Positions 1-9,454 of a stretch of DNA of 32,000 nucleotides are shown here, piece by piece (within the stretch, counting starts at the first letter, position 1; the number at the start of each line of letters is the position of its first letter). The notes beneath the pieces were generated by a model that was not told the DNA's origin, did not search any database, and saw only the letters and a list, made by a program, of their open reading frames with translations. This DNA comes from Pseudomonas aeruginosa (GTDB taxonomy: Bacteria > Pseudomonadota > Gammaproteobacteria > Pseudomonadales > Pseudomonadaceae), in assembly GCF_001457615.1 (NCBI RefSeq), contig NZ_LN831024.1, positions 5,850,001 through 5,882,000 on the forward strand, given 5' to 3'. A program made the translations under genes and the position numbers.

Positions 1-609
1 CTGGAGAACCCGCACCAGGGCCAGATCCTGGTCTCCGGCGAAGAGCTGCGCCTGAAGAAGAGCAAGAACGGCGACCTGGTCGCCGCCGACAGCCAGCAGA
101 TCAACCGGCTGCGCAGCGAACTCGGTTTCGTCTTCCAGAATTTCAACCTGTGGCCGCACATGAGCATCCTCGACAACGTGATCGAGGCGCCACGTCGCGT
201 ACTGGGCAAGAGCAAGGCCGAAGCGATCGAGATCGCCGAGGGCCTGCTGGCCAAGGTCGGCATCGCCGACAAGCGCCACAGCTATCCCGCGCAACTTTCC
301 GGCGGCCAGCAGCAGCGCGCGGCCATCGCCCGGACCCTGGCCATGCAACCCAAGGTGATCCTGTTCGACGAGCCCACCTCGGCGCTCGACCCGGAAATGG
401 TACAGGAAGTGCTTAACGTGATCCGTGCGCTCGCCGAAGAGGGCCGGACCATGCTGCTGGTCACTCACGAAATGAGCTTCGCCCGCCAGGTTTCCAGCGA
501 GGTGGTATTCCTCCACCAGGGCCTGGTAGAAGAGCAGGGAACGCCGCAACAGGTTTTCGAAAACCCCCAGTCGGCGCGCTGCAAACAGTTCATGTCCAGC
601 CACCGCTAA
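1..609 (+). CDS. ABC transporter ATP-binding protein of a basic amino acid (His/Arg/Lys/Orn-type) importer; 5' end lies outside the window
   Basis: Frame 1 is open from base 1 ([16 protein letters not shown]...) and continuous with the listed ORF 160..609. ABC signature LSGGQQQR, Walker [12 protein letters not shown] and H-loop LVTHEM are visible. The cognate binding protein and two permeases follow. Position matches PA5152 by recalled synteny. Confidence 0.9.
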   Translation: MENPHQGQILVSGEELRLKKSKNGDLVAADSQQINRLRSELGFVFQNFNLWPHMSILDNVIEAPRRVLGKSKAEAIEIAEGLLAKVGIADKRHSYPAQLSGGQQQRAAIARTLAMQPKVILFDEPTSALDPEMVQEVLNVIRALAEEGRTMLLVTHEMSFARQVSSEVVFLHQGLVEEQGTPQQVFENPQSARCKQFMSSHR

Positions 610-623
610 CGGAGCAACACCGC

Positions 624-1376
624 ATGAAGAACTATAAGAAGATCCTGCTGGCCGCCGCTGCAACCCTGGCCTTCGCCCTCGACGCCAGCGCCGCCGACAA
701 GCTGCGCATCGGCACCGAAGGCGCCTACCCGCCCTTCAACGGCATCGATGCCAGCGGCCAGGCGGTCGGCTTCGACCTCGACATCGGCAAGGCGCTGTGC
801 GCCAAGATGAAGACCGAGTGCGAGGTGGTGACCTCCGACTGGGACGGCATCATCCCGGCGTTGAACGCCAAGAAGTTCGACTTCATCGTCGCGTCCATGT
901 CGATCACCGACGAGCGCAAGCAGGCAGTCGACTTCACCGATCCCTACTACACCAACAAGCTGCAGTTCGTCGCGCCGAAGAGCGTCGACTTCAAGACCGA
1001 CAAGGACTCCCTGAAGGGCAAGGTGATCGGCGCCCAGCGCGCCACCATCGCCGGCACCTGGCTGGAAGACAACATGGCCGACGTGGTCACCATCAAGCTC
1101 TACGACACCCAGGAGAACGCCTACCTCGACCTCTCCTCGGGGCGCCTGGACGGCGTGCTGGCCGACAAGTTCGTGCAGTACGACTGGCTGAAGAGCGACG
1201 CCGGCAAGGAGTTCGAGTTCAAGGGCGAACCGGTGTTCGACAACGACAAGATCGGTATCGCCGTGCGCAAGGGCGACCCGCTGCGCGAGAAGCTCAACGC
1301 CGCGCTGAAGGAAATCGTCGCCGACGGTACCTACAAGAAGATCAACGACAAGTACTTCCCCTTCAGCATCTATTGA
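624..1376 (+). CDS. Periplasmic basic-amino-acid binding protein (HisJ/ArgT/LAO family) of the ABC importer
   Basis: 250-aa ORF with an N-terminal signal peptide (KKILLAAAATLAFALDASA/AD). The family-3 SBP pattern is visible (LRIGTEGAYPPFN, DFIVASMSITDERK). It sits between the ATPase and the permeases. Confidence 0.9.
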   Translation: MKNYKKILLAAAATLAFALDASAADKLRIGTEGAYPPFNGIDASGQAVGFDLDIGKALCAKMKTECEVVTSDWDGIIPALNAKKFDFIVASMSITDERKQAVDFTDPYYTNKLQFVAPKSVDFKTDKDSLKGKVIGAQRATIAGTWLEDNMADVVTIKLYDTQENAYLDLSSGRLDGVLADKFVQYDWLKSDAGKEFEFKGEPVFDNDKIGIAVRKGDPLREKLNAALKEIVADGTYKKINDKYFPFSIY

Positions 1377-1437
1377 TGCCAAGCCAGGCCACCGCCGGGC
1401 GCGTCCCGGCGGTGGCCGCCTTCAGGCCTGACTTCTC

Positions 1438-2133
1438 ATGATTCTCGACCTGCATGGGTTCGGCGAGCAACTGCTCGCCGGTACCTGGATGACCCTCAAG
1501 CTGTCGCTGGCGGCGGTCTGCGTGGGGCTGTTGCTCGGCCTCCTCGGCGCCATCGCGAAGACTTCGAAGTACGCGGCCCTGCGTTTCCTCGGCGGCACCT
1601 ACACCACCATCGTCCGTGGCGTGCCGGAAACGCTCTGGGTACTGATGATCTATTTCGGCACGGTGAGCGGCCTGAACGCCCTCGGCGACCTTTTCGGCAA
1701 GCCGGACCTGGCGCTCTCGCCGTTCGCCGCCGGCACCCTGGCCCTCGGCCTGTGCTTCGGCGCCTACGCCACCGAGGTGTTCCGCGGCGCGCTGTTGTCC
1801 ATTCCGCGCGGCCATCGCGAGGCCGGCCAGGCGCTCGGCCTGTCGCCCGGACGGATATTCTGGCGCATCGTCCTGCCGCAGATCTGGCGGGTCGCCCTGC
1901 CCGGCCTCGGCAACCTGTACCTGATCCTGCTGAAGGACACCGCGCTGGTGTCGCTGATCACCCTCGACGAGATCATGCGCAAGGCGCAGGTCGCCTCCAA
2001 CGCGACCAAGGAACCCTTCACCTTCTACATGACCGCGGCCGCCATCTACCTGAGCCTCACGGTCGTCATCATGGTCGCCCTGCACTTCCTCGAACGTCGC
2101 GCCGGCCGTGGTTTCGTGAGGAACGAGCTATGA
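1438..2133 (+). CDS. ABC importer permease, HisQ-like
   Basis: 231-aa polytopic ORF. It has the EAA-loop region of polar amino acid permeases (GHREAGQALGLSPGRIFWRIVLPQ). Its stop overlaps the next start (ATGA at 2130-2133). Confidence 0.9.
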   Translation: MILDLHGFGEQLLAGTWMTLKLSLAAVCVGLLLGLLGAIAKTSKYAALRFLGGTYTTIVRGVPETLWVLMIYFGTVSGLNALGDLFGKPDLALSPFAAGTLALGLCFGAYATEVFRGALLSIPRGHREAGQALGLSPGRIFWRIVLPQIWRVALPGLGNLYLILLKDTALVSLITLDEIMRKAQVASNATKEPFTFYMTAAAIYLSLTVVIMVALHFLERRAGRGFVRNEL

Positions 2134-2822
2134 GCGAGTGGGAGCTGATCCTCAAGTGGATGCCGAAGATGCTCCAGGGCGCGGCGCTGACCCTGGAGCT
2201 GCTGGCGATCGCGGTGGTCGCCGGGCTCGCCCTGGCCCTGCCGCTGGGCATCGCCCGCGCCTCGCGGCACTGGTACGTGCGCGCGGTGCCGTACGCCTAC
2301 ATCTTCTTCTTCCGCGGCACGCCGCTGCTGCTGCAACTGTTCATCGTCTACTACGGCCTGGCGCAGTTCGAGGAAGTGCGCAAGAGCGCCTTCTGGCCCT
2401 ACCTGCGCGATCCGTACTGGTGCGCGCTGCTGACCATGACCCTGCACACCGCCGCCTATATCGCCGAGATCCTCCGCGGCGCGATCCACTCGGTGCCGGT
2501 CGGCGAGGTGGAGGCCGCCCGCGCCCTCGGCATGTCGCGGCGCCAGGCGCTCTGGCACATCATCCTGCCGCGCGCGGTGCGCATCGGCCTGCCGGCCTAC
2601 AGCAACGAAGTGATCCTGATGCTCAAGGCCAGCGCGGTGGTCTACACCGTGACCCTGTTCGACATCATGGGCATGGCCCGGACCATCATCGCCCGCACCT
2701 ACGAATCGATGCTGTTCTTCTGCCTGGCCGGCGCGCTGTACCTGGTGATCACCATCGTGCTGACGCGGATCTTCCGCCTGATCGAACGCTGGTTGCGGGT
2801 CGACGCCACCCAGGGCCGCTGA
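2130..2822 (+). CDS. ABC importer permease, HisM-like
   Basis: Start chosen at ATG 2130 (MSEWELILKWMPKML...), coupled to the upstream stop. The 5' part of the listed ORF 1752..2822 overlaps the previous gene out of frame. EAA-loop EAARALGMSRRQALWHIILPRA. Confidence 0.88.
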   Translation: MSEWELILKWMPKMLQGAALTLELLAIAVVAGLALALPLGIARASRHWYVRAVPYAYIFFFRGTPLLLQLFIVYYGLAQFEEVRKSAFWPYLRDPYWCALLTMTLHTAAYIAEILRGAIHSVPVGEVEAARALGMSRRQALWHIILPRAVRIGLPAYSNEVILMLKASAVVYTVTLFDIMGMARTIIARTYESMLFFCLAGALYLVITIVLTRIFRLIERWLRVDATQGR

Positions 2823-2843
2823 GCGGGCGCTTTCCGATGCCTG

Positions 2844-2873
2844 CGGGGCGGCTATAATCGCCGCCCCGTTTTC
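2844..2873 (+). terminator. Intrinsic terminator after the ABC importer operon
   Basis: cggggcggc (2844-2852) pairs with gccgccccg (2860-2868), loop tataatc, followed by tttt. The loop contains a TATAAT hexamer 33 bp upstream of the next gene's GTG. Confidence 0.7.
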
Positions 2874-2890
2874 CCGCTGCCGCTCGCATC

Positions 2891-4111
2891 GTGTCCGAAA
2901 CCTTCCCGTTCCTCACTGGCGACGCCCTGTCGCAGCGCTTCCTCGCGCTGGACGCGTTCCTCCTCGAACACCAGCGGCTCTGGCGACCCCGCCCGTTCAG
3001 CGAACCGACCCTGGCGTGGGAAGCCGAACACACCGAGCTGGCGTCCTGGCTGCGCGGGCGCAGCCTCGAACAGGCCGACGCGGAGCACAACCAGCCCACC
3101 CGCCTGGCCGCGCCCGCGCCTTATCCGCAGCTCGCCGCCCAAGCCGCGGCGCTGGGCGCGGTCGGCGAACTGCCATTGGCGGAACGCCCGCAGGCACCGA
3201 ACCGCTTCAACGTCGACGTACCGGGACGCAAGTGGCAGCAGATCGGCCTGTTCGCCGGGCGCCTGCAGTTCGCCCGGCCGGTCGTCCACTGGCTCGACTG
3301 GTGCTCCGGCAAGGGCCATCTGGGCCGCCTGCTGGCCCATGCGGGGCAACCGCTGACCTGCCTCGAACACGATCCCGCGCTGGTCGCCGACGGACAGCGC
3401 CTGAGCGACCGCCTGGGGCTCTCCGCCCACCACCTCCGCCAGGATGTGCTGGCCGCGGACTGCGCCGAGCGCCTGCTTCCCGGGCATACGCCAGTGGCCC
3501 TGCACGCTTGCGGCGAACTGCACCTGCGCCTGCTGCGCCTGGCCAGCCAGGCCGGCTGTCGCCAACTGGCGGTGGCGCCATGCTGCTACAACCGCATTCC
3601 GGGGCCTTTCTACCAGCCACTCTCGCAAACAGCAGGCCGATCGCTGCTCGCGCTATCGCTTGACGACCTGCGCCTGCCCCTGAGCGAGACAGTCACCGCC
3701 AGCCAACGGGTCCGTCGCCAGCGCGACCAGTCGATGGCCCGGCGCCTGGGTTTCGACCTGCTGCAGCGCGAGCTACGCGGAATCGACCAGTACCTCAGCG
3801 TGCCTTCCCTTCCGGTGGCCTGGCTGGAACGTCCATACGCCGACTACTGTCGCGAACTCGCCGCCCTCAAGGGACTTCCCGAACCGGCCGCGCGCGACTG
3901 GCAGGCGCTGGAAGCGGCCGGCTGGAAGCGCCTGGCGATGGTTCGCAACCTGGAACTGGTGCGCGCCCTGTTCCGCCGCCCGCTGGAACTCTGGCTGCTG
4001 CTGGACCGCTGCCTGTATCTGGTCGAACAGGGCTATAGCGTCCGCCTGGGCGAGTTCTGTCCGACCTCCCTGTCTCCGCGAAACCTGCTGATCCTTGCGG
4101 AGCGCAGCTGA
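2891..4111 (+). CDS. Conserved hypothetical protein, putative SAM-dependent methyltransferase (Methyltransf_32/METTL25-like)
   Basis: 406-aa ORF starting at GTG 2891. The motif LDWCSGKGHLGRLLA resembles the G-x-G-type SAM-binding motif I of that family. Function is not otherwise recognisable. Position matches PA5156. Confidence 0.6.
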   Translation: MSETFPFLTGDALSQRFLALDAFLLEHQRLWRPRPFSEPTLAWEAEHTELASWLRGRSLEQADAEHNQPTRLAAPAPYPQLAAQAAALGAVGELPLAERPQAPNRFNVDVPGRKWQQIGLFAGRLQFARPVVHWLDWCSGKGHLGRLLAHAGQPLTCLEHDPALVADGQRLSDRLGLSAHHLRQDVLAADCAERLLPGHTPVALHACGELHLRLLRLASQAGCRQLAVAPCCYNRIPGPFYQPLSQTAGRSLLALSLDDLRLPLSETVTASQRVRRQRDQSMARRLGFDLLQRELRGIDQYLSVPSLPVAWLERPYADYCRELAALKGLPEPAARDWQALEAAGWKRLAMVRNLELVRALFRRPLELWLLLDRCLYLVEQGYSVRLGEFCPTSLSPRNLLILAERS

Positions 4112-4455
4112 TACGGGTGTTCCGGATGGTTGCCCACACAACCTGTGGATAAGTCTGGTGACAAGTTCTGGGAAACATCTGCCGAGGGGCCCGTATCCAG
4201 GGGCGGTCAATGCTGTTCAAAAAATGAACAGAAAAAATAAAATCCATATAAAACAATATCTTGATAACAACCGAGATAACCGCAGCGATTCTTAGAGCGT
4301 TTCCTTCCTATCCCTTGCCCACTTGTGCATAAGCCTGGCTTTCCGGTTAATCCGAAAGTGGACTTCAGCACCGACAATAGTTGCAAAACGGCATCGTATG
4401 ACGTTCGAAGGAACGGATTGTTCTTTTATTGCAACGGTTGAGCTCTTGTTAATCG

Positions 4456-4500
4456 CTGCCTAGGCAGTATTATTTTGAAACACTTTCCCTGCCTAGACAG
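4456..4500. promoter_or_regulatory. Pair of MarR-type operator palindromes upstream of the MarR/efflux operon
   Basis: Perfect 12-bp palindrome CTGCCTAGGCAG (4456-4467). A one-mismatch copy CTGCCTAGACAG lies at 4489-4500, 33 bp apart, ending 15 bp before the MarR ATG (4515). Confidence 0.55.
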
Positions 4501-4514
4501 CGATCCCCTCCACC

Positions 4515-4985
4515 ATGGGTCACTACAGCGCCTCCGACTTTCCCTTCAAGGGCTCCATTGGCCAGCTCATCGGCGTCAGTGCCGCGACCAAGGACCGCAT
4601 CCTCGAGAAGCACCTCGCCGCGCTGGACATAACCGCCGCCCAGTTCAAGGTGCTGATCTTCGTCGGTCTCAACCGTGCCAACAGTCCGGTCGAACTGTGT
4701 CGCGAGCTGTCGGTGGACAGCGGCTCGATGACTCGCATGCTGACGCGCCTGGAGAAAAAAGGGCTGCTGCTGCGCGGCCGCTGTCCCGAAGACCGCCGTT
4801 GCCTGCGCCTGGATCTCAGCGAAGCGGGACGGAAGGTCCAGGAGCAGCTTCCGCTGATCGCCTCGGCGGCGATGAACGAGCTGGTCGCCTGCCTGAGCAC
4901 GGAAGAATTGCAGACGCTGACCCATCTGCTGACCAAGGTTCTGCTACACGCCGGCTGCCCGCGGGCCAGCCTGCAGGAGTCCTGA
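4515..4985 (+). CDS. MarR-family transcriptional regulator
   Basis: 156-aa ORF of typical MarR size, with a winged-HTH region (ELCRELSVDSGSMTRMLTRLEKKGLL). It is the first gene of the efflux cluster. Position matches PA5157. Confidence 0.85.
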   Translation: MGHYSASDFPFKGSIGQLIGVSAATKDRILEKHLAALDITAAQFKVLIFVGLNRANSPVELCRELSVDSGSMTRMLTRLEKKGLLLRGRCPEDRRCLRLDLSEAGRKVQEQLPLIASAAMNELVACLSTEELQTLTHLLTKVLLHAGCPRASLQES

Positions 4986-4988
4986 TCC

Positions 4989-6467
4989 ATGCCCTTCCCT
5001 CCTCTCCATCCCTGGCCGCAGCGATTGGCGCTGGCCTCGGCGATACTGCTGGCCGCCGGCTGCGTCACTTCCGAAGGCCTGGAACCGAACGCCCGCCCGC
5101 AACCGGCAGGCGCCCTCCAGGCGGGGAGGAGCCTGGAAGGCGTAGCCCTTTCGCCAGCGGCCTGGCCGCGCCAGGACTGGTGGACCGGGCTCGGCGACCG
5201 GCAGCTCGACCAACTGATCGGCGAAGCCCTGCAAGGCACCCCCGACCTGCAGATCGCCGAGGCGCGTGCGCGCCAGGCGGCGGCAACGGCCCAGGCGCAA
5301 GATGCCGCGCGCCAGCCGACGCTGGACGCCAAGGCCAGCTACTCCGGCATCCGCGCGCCGACCAGCGTGGCCCCGGCACCGCTCGGCGGCCGCTATTCGG
5401 CGATCAAGTACCTGTCGCTCGGCTTCAACTACGACTTCGACCTCTGGGGCGGCGAGCGCGCCGCCTGGGAAGCCGCCCTCGGCCAGGCCAATGCCGCCCG
5501 GATCGACAGCCAGGCCGCGCGCATCGGCCTCTCGGCGAGCATCGCCCGCGCCTACAGCGACCTCGCCCACGCCTTTACCGTGCGCGATCTCGCCGAGGAA
5601 GAACTGAAGCGCTCGCAGCGCATGACCGAGCTGAGCCAGAAGCGCATGAGCGCCGGACTCGACAGCAAGGTCCAGCTGCAACAGACGCAGACCCAACTGG
5701 CCACCGCCCGCCAGCAGCTCAGCGCCGCCGAGCAGGACATCGCCAGCGCCCGCATCGCCCTCGCCGTGCTGCTGGGCAAGGGGCCCGATCGCGGTCTCGA
5801 ACTGCAGCGCCCGCAACCGCTGGACCCGGCCAGCCTGAGCCTGCCCTCGGTGCTCCCGGCGGAACTGCTCGGCCGCCGCGCCGACATCGTTGCCGCGCGC
5901 TGGCGGGTCGAGGCGGCGCGCCGCAACATCGACTCGGCGAAGACCGAGTTCTATCCCAACCTCAATCTCGGCGCGATGGCCGGCCTCGCCGCCCTGCACA
6001 CCAGCGACGTGTTGCAGGCGCCGAGCCGCTTCTTCCAGGTGGCGCCGGCGATCTCCCTGCCGATCTTCGACGGTGGCCGCCGCCGCGCCAACCTGGCCGA
6101 ACGCGACGCCGACTACGACCTGGCCGTCGGCCAGTACAACAAGACGCTGGTCCAGGCCCTCGGCGAGGTCAGCGACGACCTCGGCAAGTTGCGCTCCCTG
6201 GAGCAGCAGGTGATCGACCAGCGCCAGGCCCGCGATATCGCCAGGTCCAACTTCGACCTGGCCATGCGTCGCTACGGCGAAGGCGTGGGCAGCTACCTCG
6301 ACGCCCTCAGCGTGCAACAGCAACTGCTGGTCGCCGAACGCCAGCTGGCCAGCCTGGAGAGCCAGCAGATCGATCTTTCCGTCCAGCTGGTCCAGGCCCT
6401 GGGCGGCGGTTTCCAACCCGATTCCCGCTCCGCTGCGCTCGCTACCGCGAAAGCGCCGGCAGAATGA
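4989..6467 (+). CDS. opmG: Outer-membrane efflux lipoprotein, NodT/OprM family
   Basis: 492 aa with a lipobox (ILLAAGC). Coiled OMF repeats are typical of the OprM family. Its stop overlaps the next start (ATGA at 6464-6467). Position matches PA5158 (opmG). Confidence 0.85.
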   Translation: MPFPPLHPWPQRLALASAILLAAGCVTSEGLEPNARPQPAGALQAGRSLEGVALSPAAWPRQDWWTGLGDRQLDQLIGEALQGTPDLQIAEARARQAAATAQAQDAARQPTLDAKASYSGIRAPTSVAPAPLGGRYSAIKYLSLGFNYDFDLWGGERAAWEAALGQANAARIDSQAARIGLSASIARAYSDLAHAFTVRDLAEEELKRSQRMTELSQKRMSAGLDSKVQLQQTQTQLATARQQLSAAEQDIASARIALAVLLGKGPDRGLELQRPQPLDPASLSLPSVLPAELLGRRADIVAARWRVEAARRNIDSAKTEFYPNLNLGAMAGLAALHTSDVLQAPSRFFQVAPAISLPIFDGGRRRANLAERDADYDLAVGQYNKTLVQALGEVSDDLGKLRSLEQQVIDQRQARDIARSNFDLAMRRYGEGVGSYLDALSVQQQLLVAERQLASLESQQIDLSVQLVQALGGGFQPDSRSAALATAKAPAE

Positions 6468-7666
6468 ACGAGGCACCCACCATGACTACCGCCAACAGCG
6501 AAACCCCCGCCGGCAACCCGAAGCGCAAGCGCTGGTTGCTGATCCTGCTCGCCGTGATCGTCCTCGCCACCCTGGCCAGCGTGGCCTGGGAGTTCTTCTA
6601 CGGCCGCTGGCACGAGGACACCGACGACGCCTACATCAACGGCAACGTGGTACAGATCACCCCGCAGATCGTCGGCACCGTGGTCAGCATCGGCGCCGAC
6701 GACGGCGACCTGGTGCGCAAGGGCCAGGAACTGGTCAGGTTCGATCCCAGCGACGCCGACATCGCCCTCCAACGCGCCGAGGCCAACCTGGCCCACACCG
6801 TGCGCCAGGTGCGCGGGCTGTTCAGCAACGTCGACGGCTATCGCGCCGAGGTCGCCACCCGCAAGGTCGCGCTGGCCAAGGCCGAGGCCGACTACAAGCG
6901 GCGCAAGAACCTCGCCGACGACGGCGCCATTTCCCAGGAGGAACTGGCCCACGCCCGCGACGCCCTGGACAGCGCGAAAGCCTCGCTGACCAGCTCGGAA
7001 CAGCAGTTGAACACCAATCGCGCGCTGGTCGACGACACCCAGATCACCTCCCATCCGGACGTCAAGGCCGCCGCCGCGCAACTGCGCCAGGCCTACCTGG
7101 ACGACGCCCGCTCGACCATCGTCGCGCCGGTCACCGGCTACGTCGCCAAGCGCAGCGTACAGGTCGGCCAGCGCGTGCAACCGGGCAATGCGCTGATGGC
7201 CGTGGTCCCGCTGGACCAGATCTGGATCGACGCCAACTTCAAGGAAACCCAGCTCAAGCACATGCGTATCGGCCAGCCGGTGGAGATCCGCTCCGACCTC
7301 TACGGCAGCGACGTGCGCTACAGCGGCACCGTCGACAGCCTCGGCGTGGGCACCGGCAGCGCGTTCTCCCTGCTGCCGGCGCAGAACGCCACCGGCAACT
7401 GGATCAAGATCGTCCAGCGGGTGCCGGTGCGCATCCATATCGATCCGCAAGAATTGCAGAAGCATCCGCTGCGCATCGGCCTGTCGATGGACGTCAAGGT
7501 CGACCTGCACGACCAGAGCGGCCCGGCCCTGGCCCAGCAGCCACCGCGCGAAGCGCTGTTCTCCACCGATGTCTACCAGCAGCAACTGGCCTCGGCCGAC
7601 AAGCTGATCGAACGCCTGATCGAAGCCAACCTCGCCGAAGACCACGGCAAGACCGCCCAGCGTTGA
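6464..7666 (+). CDS. EmrA-like membrane fusion (periplasmic adaptor) protein
   Basis: Real start is at ATG 6464 (MNEAPTMTTANSE...) or ATG 6482. It has an N-terminal TM anchor (WLLILLAVIVLATLASVAW) and HlyD/EmrA-type coiled-coil and barrel segments. The upstream 2 kb of the listed 1063-aa ORF is a Pro/Arg/Gly-rich out-of-frame artefact over marR/opmG. Confidence 0.85.
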   Translation: MNEAPTMTTANSETPAGNPKRKRWLLILLAVIVLATLASVAWEFFYGRWHEDTDDAYINGNVVQITPQIVGTVVSIGADDGDLVRKGQELVRFDPSDADIALQRAEANLAHTVRQVRGLFSNVDGYRAEVATRKVALAKAEADYKRRKNLADDGAISQEELAHARDALDSAKASLTSSEQQLNTNRALVDDTQITSHPDVKAAAAQLRQAYLDDARSTIVAPVTGYVAKRSVQVGQRVQPGNALMAVVPLDQIWIDANFKETQLKHMRIGQPVEIRSDLYGSDVRYSGTVDSLGVGTGSAFSLLPAQNATGNWIKIVQRVPVRIHIDPQELQKHPLRIGLSMDVKVDLHDQSGPALAQQPPREALFSTDVYQQQLASADKLIERLIEANLAEDHGKTAQR

Positions 7667-7676
7667 GCCCGCCAGC

Positions 7677-9206
7677 ATGAGCGAAAGCAGCAGCTTCTCC
7701 CCGCCCAGCCTGGTGATGGCGACCATCGGCCTGTCCCTGGCGACTTTCATGCAGGTGCTCGACACCACCATCGCCAACGTCGCCCTGCCGACCATCTCCG
7801 GTAACCTCGGGGTGAGTTCGGAACAGGGCACCTGGGTGATCACCTCGTTCGCCGTGAGCAACGCCATCGCCCTGCCGCTGACCGGCTGGCTGGCCCGGCG
7901 GGTCGGCGAGGTGCGCCTGTTCATCGCCGCCGCGCTGCTGTTCGTACTCGCCTCGTTCCTCTGCGGCATCGCCCAGTCGATGCCTTCTCTGGTCGGCTTC
8001 CGCGCCTTGCAGGGCTTCGTCGCCGGGCCGCTGTATCCGATCACCCAGACCCTGCTGATCTCCATCTACCCACCGGCGAAGCGCGGCATGGCCCTGGCCC
8101 TGCTCGCGATGGTCACGGTGGTGGCGCCGATCGCCGGGCCGATCCTCGGCGGCTGGATCACCGACGACTACAGCTGGCCGTGGATCTTCTTCATCAACGT
8201 GCCGGTCGGCCTGTTCGCCGCCTTCGTCGTCTACCAGCAACTGAAGGCACGCCCGGTGGTGATCAAGAAGGCGCCGATGGACTACGTCGGCCTGATCGCC
8301 CTGGTGATCGGCGTCGGCGCCCTGCAGATCGTCCTCGACAAGGGCAACGACCTGGACTGGTTCGAGTCGAACTTCATCGTCGGCGGCGCGCTGATCGCGG
8401 CGATCGCCCTGGCCTTCTTCATCATCTGGGAATTCACCGACCGCCATCCGATCGTCAACCTGCGCCTGTTCGCCCACCGCAACTTCGCCGCCGGCACCCT
8501 GGCGCTGGTGCTGGGCTATGCCGCGTTCTTCGGCATCAACCTGCTGCTCCCGCAATGGCTACAGACCCAGATGGGCTACACCGCCACCTGGGCCGGGCTG
8601 GCCGCCGCGCCAATCGGCATCCTCCCGGTGTTCCTCTCGCCGCTGGTCGGCCGCTACGCCAACCATTTCGACCTGCGCATGCTCGCCGGCCTGTCGTTCC
8701 TGGCGATGGCCATCACCTGCTTCATGCGCGCCAACTTCACCACCGAGGTCGACTACCAGCACATCGCCATCGTGCAGTTGATCATGGGGCTCGGCGTGGC
8801 GTTCTTCTTCATGCCGATCCTGAGCATCCTGCTCTCCGACCTGCCCCCCGACCAGATCGCCGATGGCTCCGGCCTGGCCACCTTCCTGCGCACCCTCGGC
8901 GGCAGCTTCGCCGCCTCGCTGACCACCTGGATCTGGAACCGCCGCGCCACGCAACACCACGCCTACCTCAGCGAAAACATCAGCCTCTACGACCCGGCCA
9001 CCCACGAAACCCTCGCCCAGCTCGGCGGCAACACCCAGGCGAACGCGGCGCTGCTCGACCGGATGGTGCAGAGCCAGGCCTACATGATGTCCACCATCGA
9101 CTACTTCACCATGCTCGGCTGGCTGTTCCTCGCCCTGCTGGTGATCATCTGGCTGGCCCGCCCGCCGTTCGGCGCCAAGCCCGGCGCGGCCGCCTCCGGG
9201 CACTGA
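7677..9206 (+). CDS. EmrB/QacA-type MFS drug efflux transporter (14-TM DHA2 family)
   Basis: 509-aa polytopic ORF. The N-terminus is typical of EmrB (FMQVLDTTIANVALPTISGNLG). It follows the MFP gene. Position matches PA5160. Confidence 0.88.
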   Translation: MSESSSFSPPSLVMATIGLSLATFMQVLDTTIANVALPTISGNLGVSSEQGTWVITSFAVSNAIALPLTGWLARRVGEVRLFIAAALLFVLASFLCGIAQSMPSLVGFRALQGFVAGPLYPITQTLLISIYPPAKRGMALALLAMVTVVAPIAGPILGGWITDDYSWPWIFFINVPVGLFAAFVVYQQLKARPVVIKKAPMDYVGLIALVIGVGALQIVLDKGNDLDWFESNFIVGGALIAAIALAFFIIWEFTDRHPIVNLRLFAHRNFAAGTLALVLGYAAFFGINLLLPQWLQTQMGYTATWAGLAAAPIGILPVFLSPLVGRYANHFDLRMLAGLSFLAMAITCFMRANFTTEVDYQHIAIVQLIMGLGVAFFFMPILSILLSDLPPDQIADGSGLATFLRTLGGSFAASLTTWIWNRRATQHHAYLSENISLYDPATHETLAQLGGNTQANAALLDRMVQSQAYMMSTIDYFTMLGWLFLALLVIIWLARPPFGAKPGAAASGH

Positions 9207-9239
9207 GGACGAACGGCATTCGGGCAGGAAAATCAGTGG

Positions 9240-9267
9240 TTTACTCCTGGCGGCGGCTGGCTATAAT
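9240..9267 (+). promoter_or_regulatory. Sigma-70-type promoter for tRNA-Thr
   Basis: -35-like TTTACT (9240-9245), a 16-bp spacer, a perfect -10 TATAAT (9262-9267), then a GC-rich discriminator (GTCGCCC). It ends 12 bp before the tRNA 5' end. Confidence 0.55.
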
Positions 9268-9279
9268 GTCGCCCTCTTC

Positions 9280-9355
<76 letters not shown>

Positions 9356-9367
9356 TGAATCCCGAAA

Positions 9368-9396
9368 AGCCCCGCCTCGCGCGGGGCTTTTTGTTT
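9368..9396 (+). terminator. Intrinsic terminator after tRNA-Thr
   Basis: agccccgc (9368-9375) pairs with gcggggct (9381-9388), followed by ttttgtttt. Confidence 0.8.
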
Positions 9397-9454
9397 TATC
9401 CTGCTTCCTTTCTACCCAGTGATGGCACTTCGAATAGAATGCCGGGTCAGATGC

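Noticed and set aside
2853-2858. A TATAAT in the loop of the ABC-operon terminator, with the GGCTATAAT context shared with the tRNA-Thr promoter (9259-9267). It was considered as a promoter for the methyltransferase-like gene.
   Set aside because: The -35 region (TTTCCG) is poor and the hexamer is explained by the hairpin loop. It cannot be supported without TSS data.
4475-6463. The 5' two-thirds of the 1063-aa plus-strand ORF 4475..7666.
   Set aside because: It is a Pro/Arg/Gly-rich read-through frame overlapping marR and opmG. The recognisable EmrA-like protein begins only at the ATG at 6464, which is coupled to the opmG stop.
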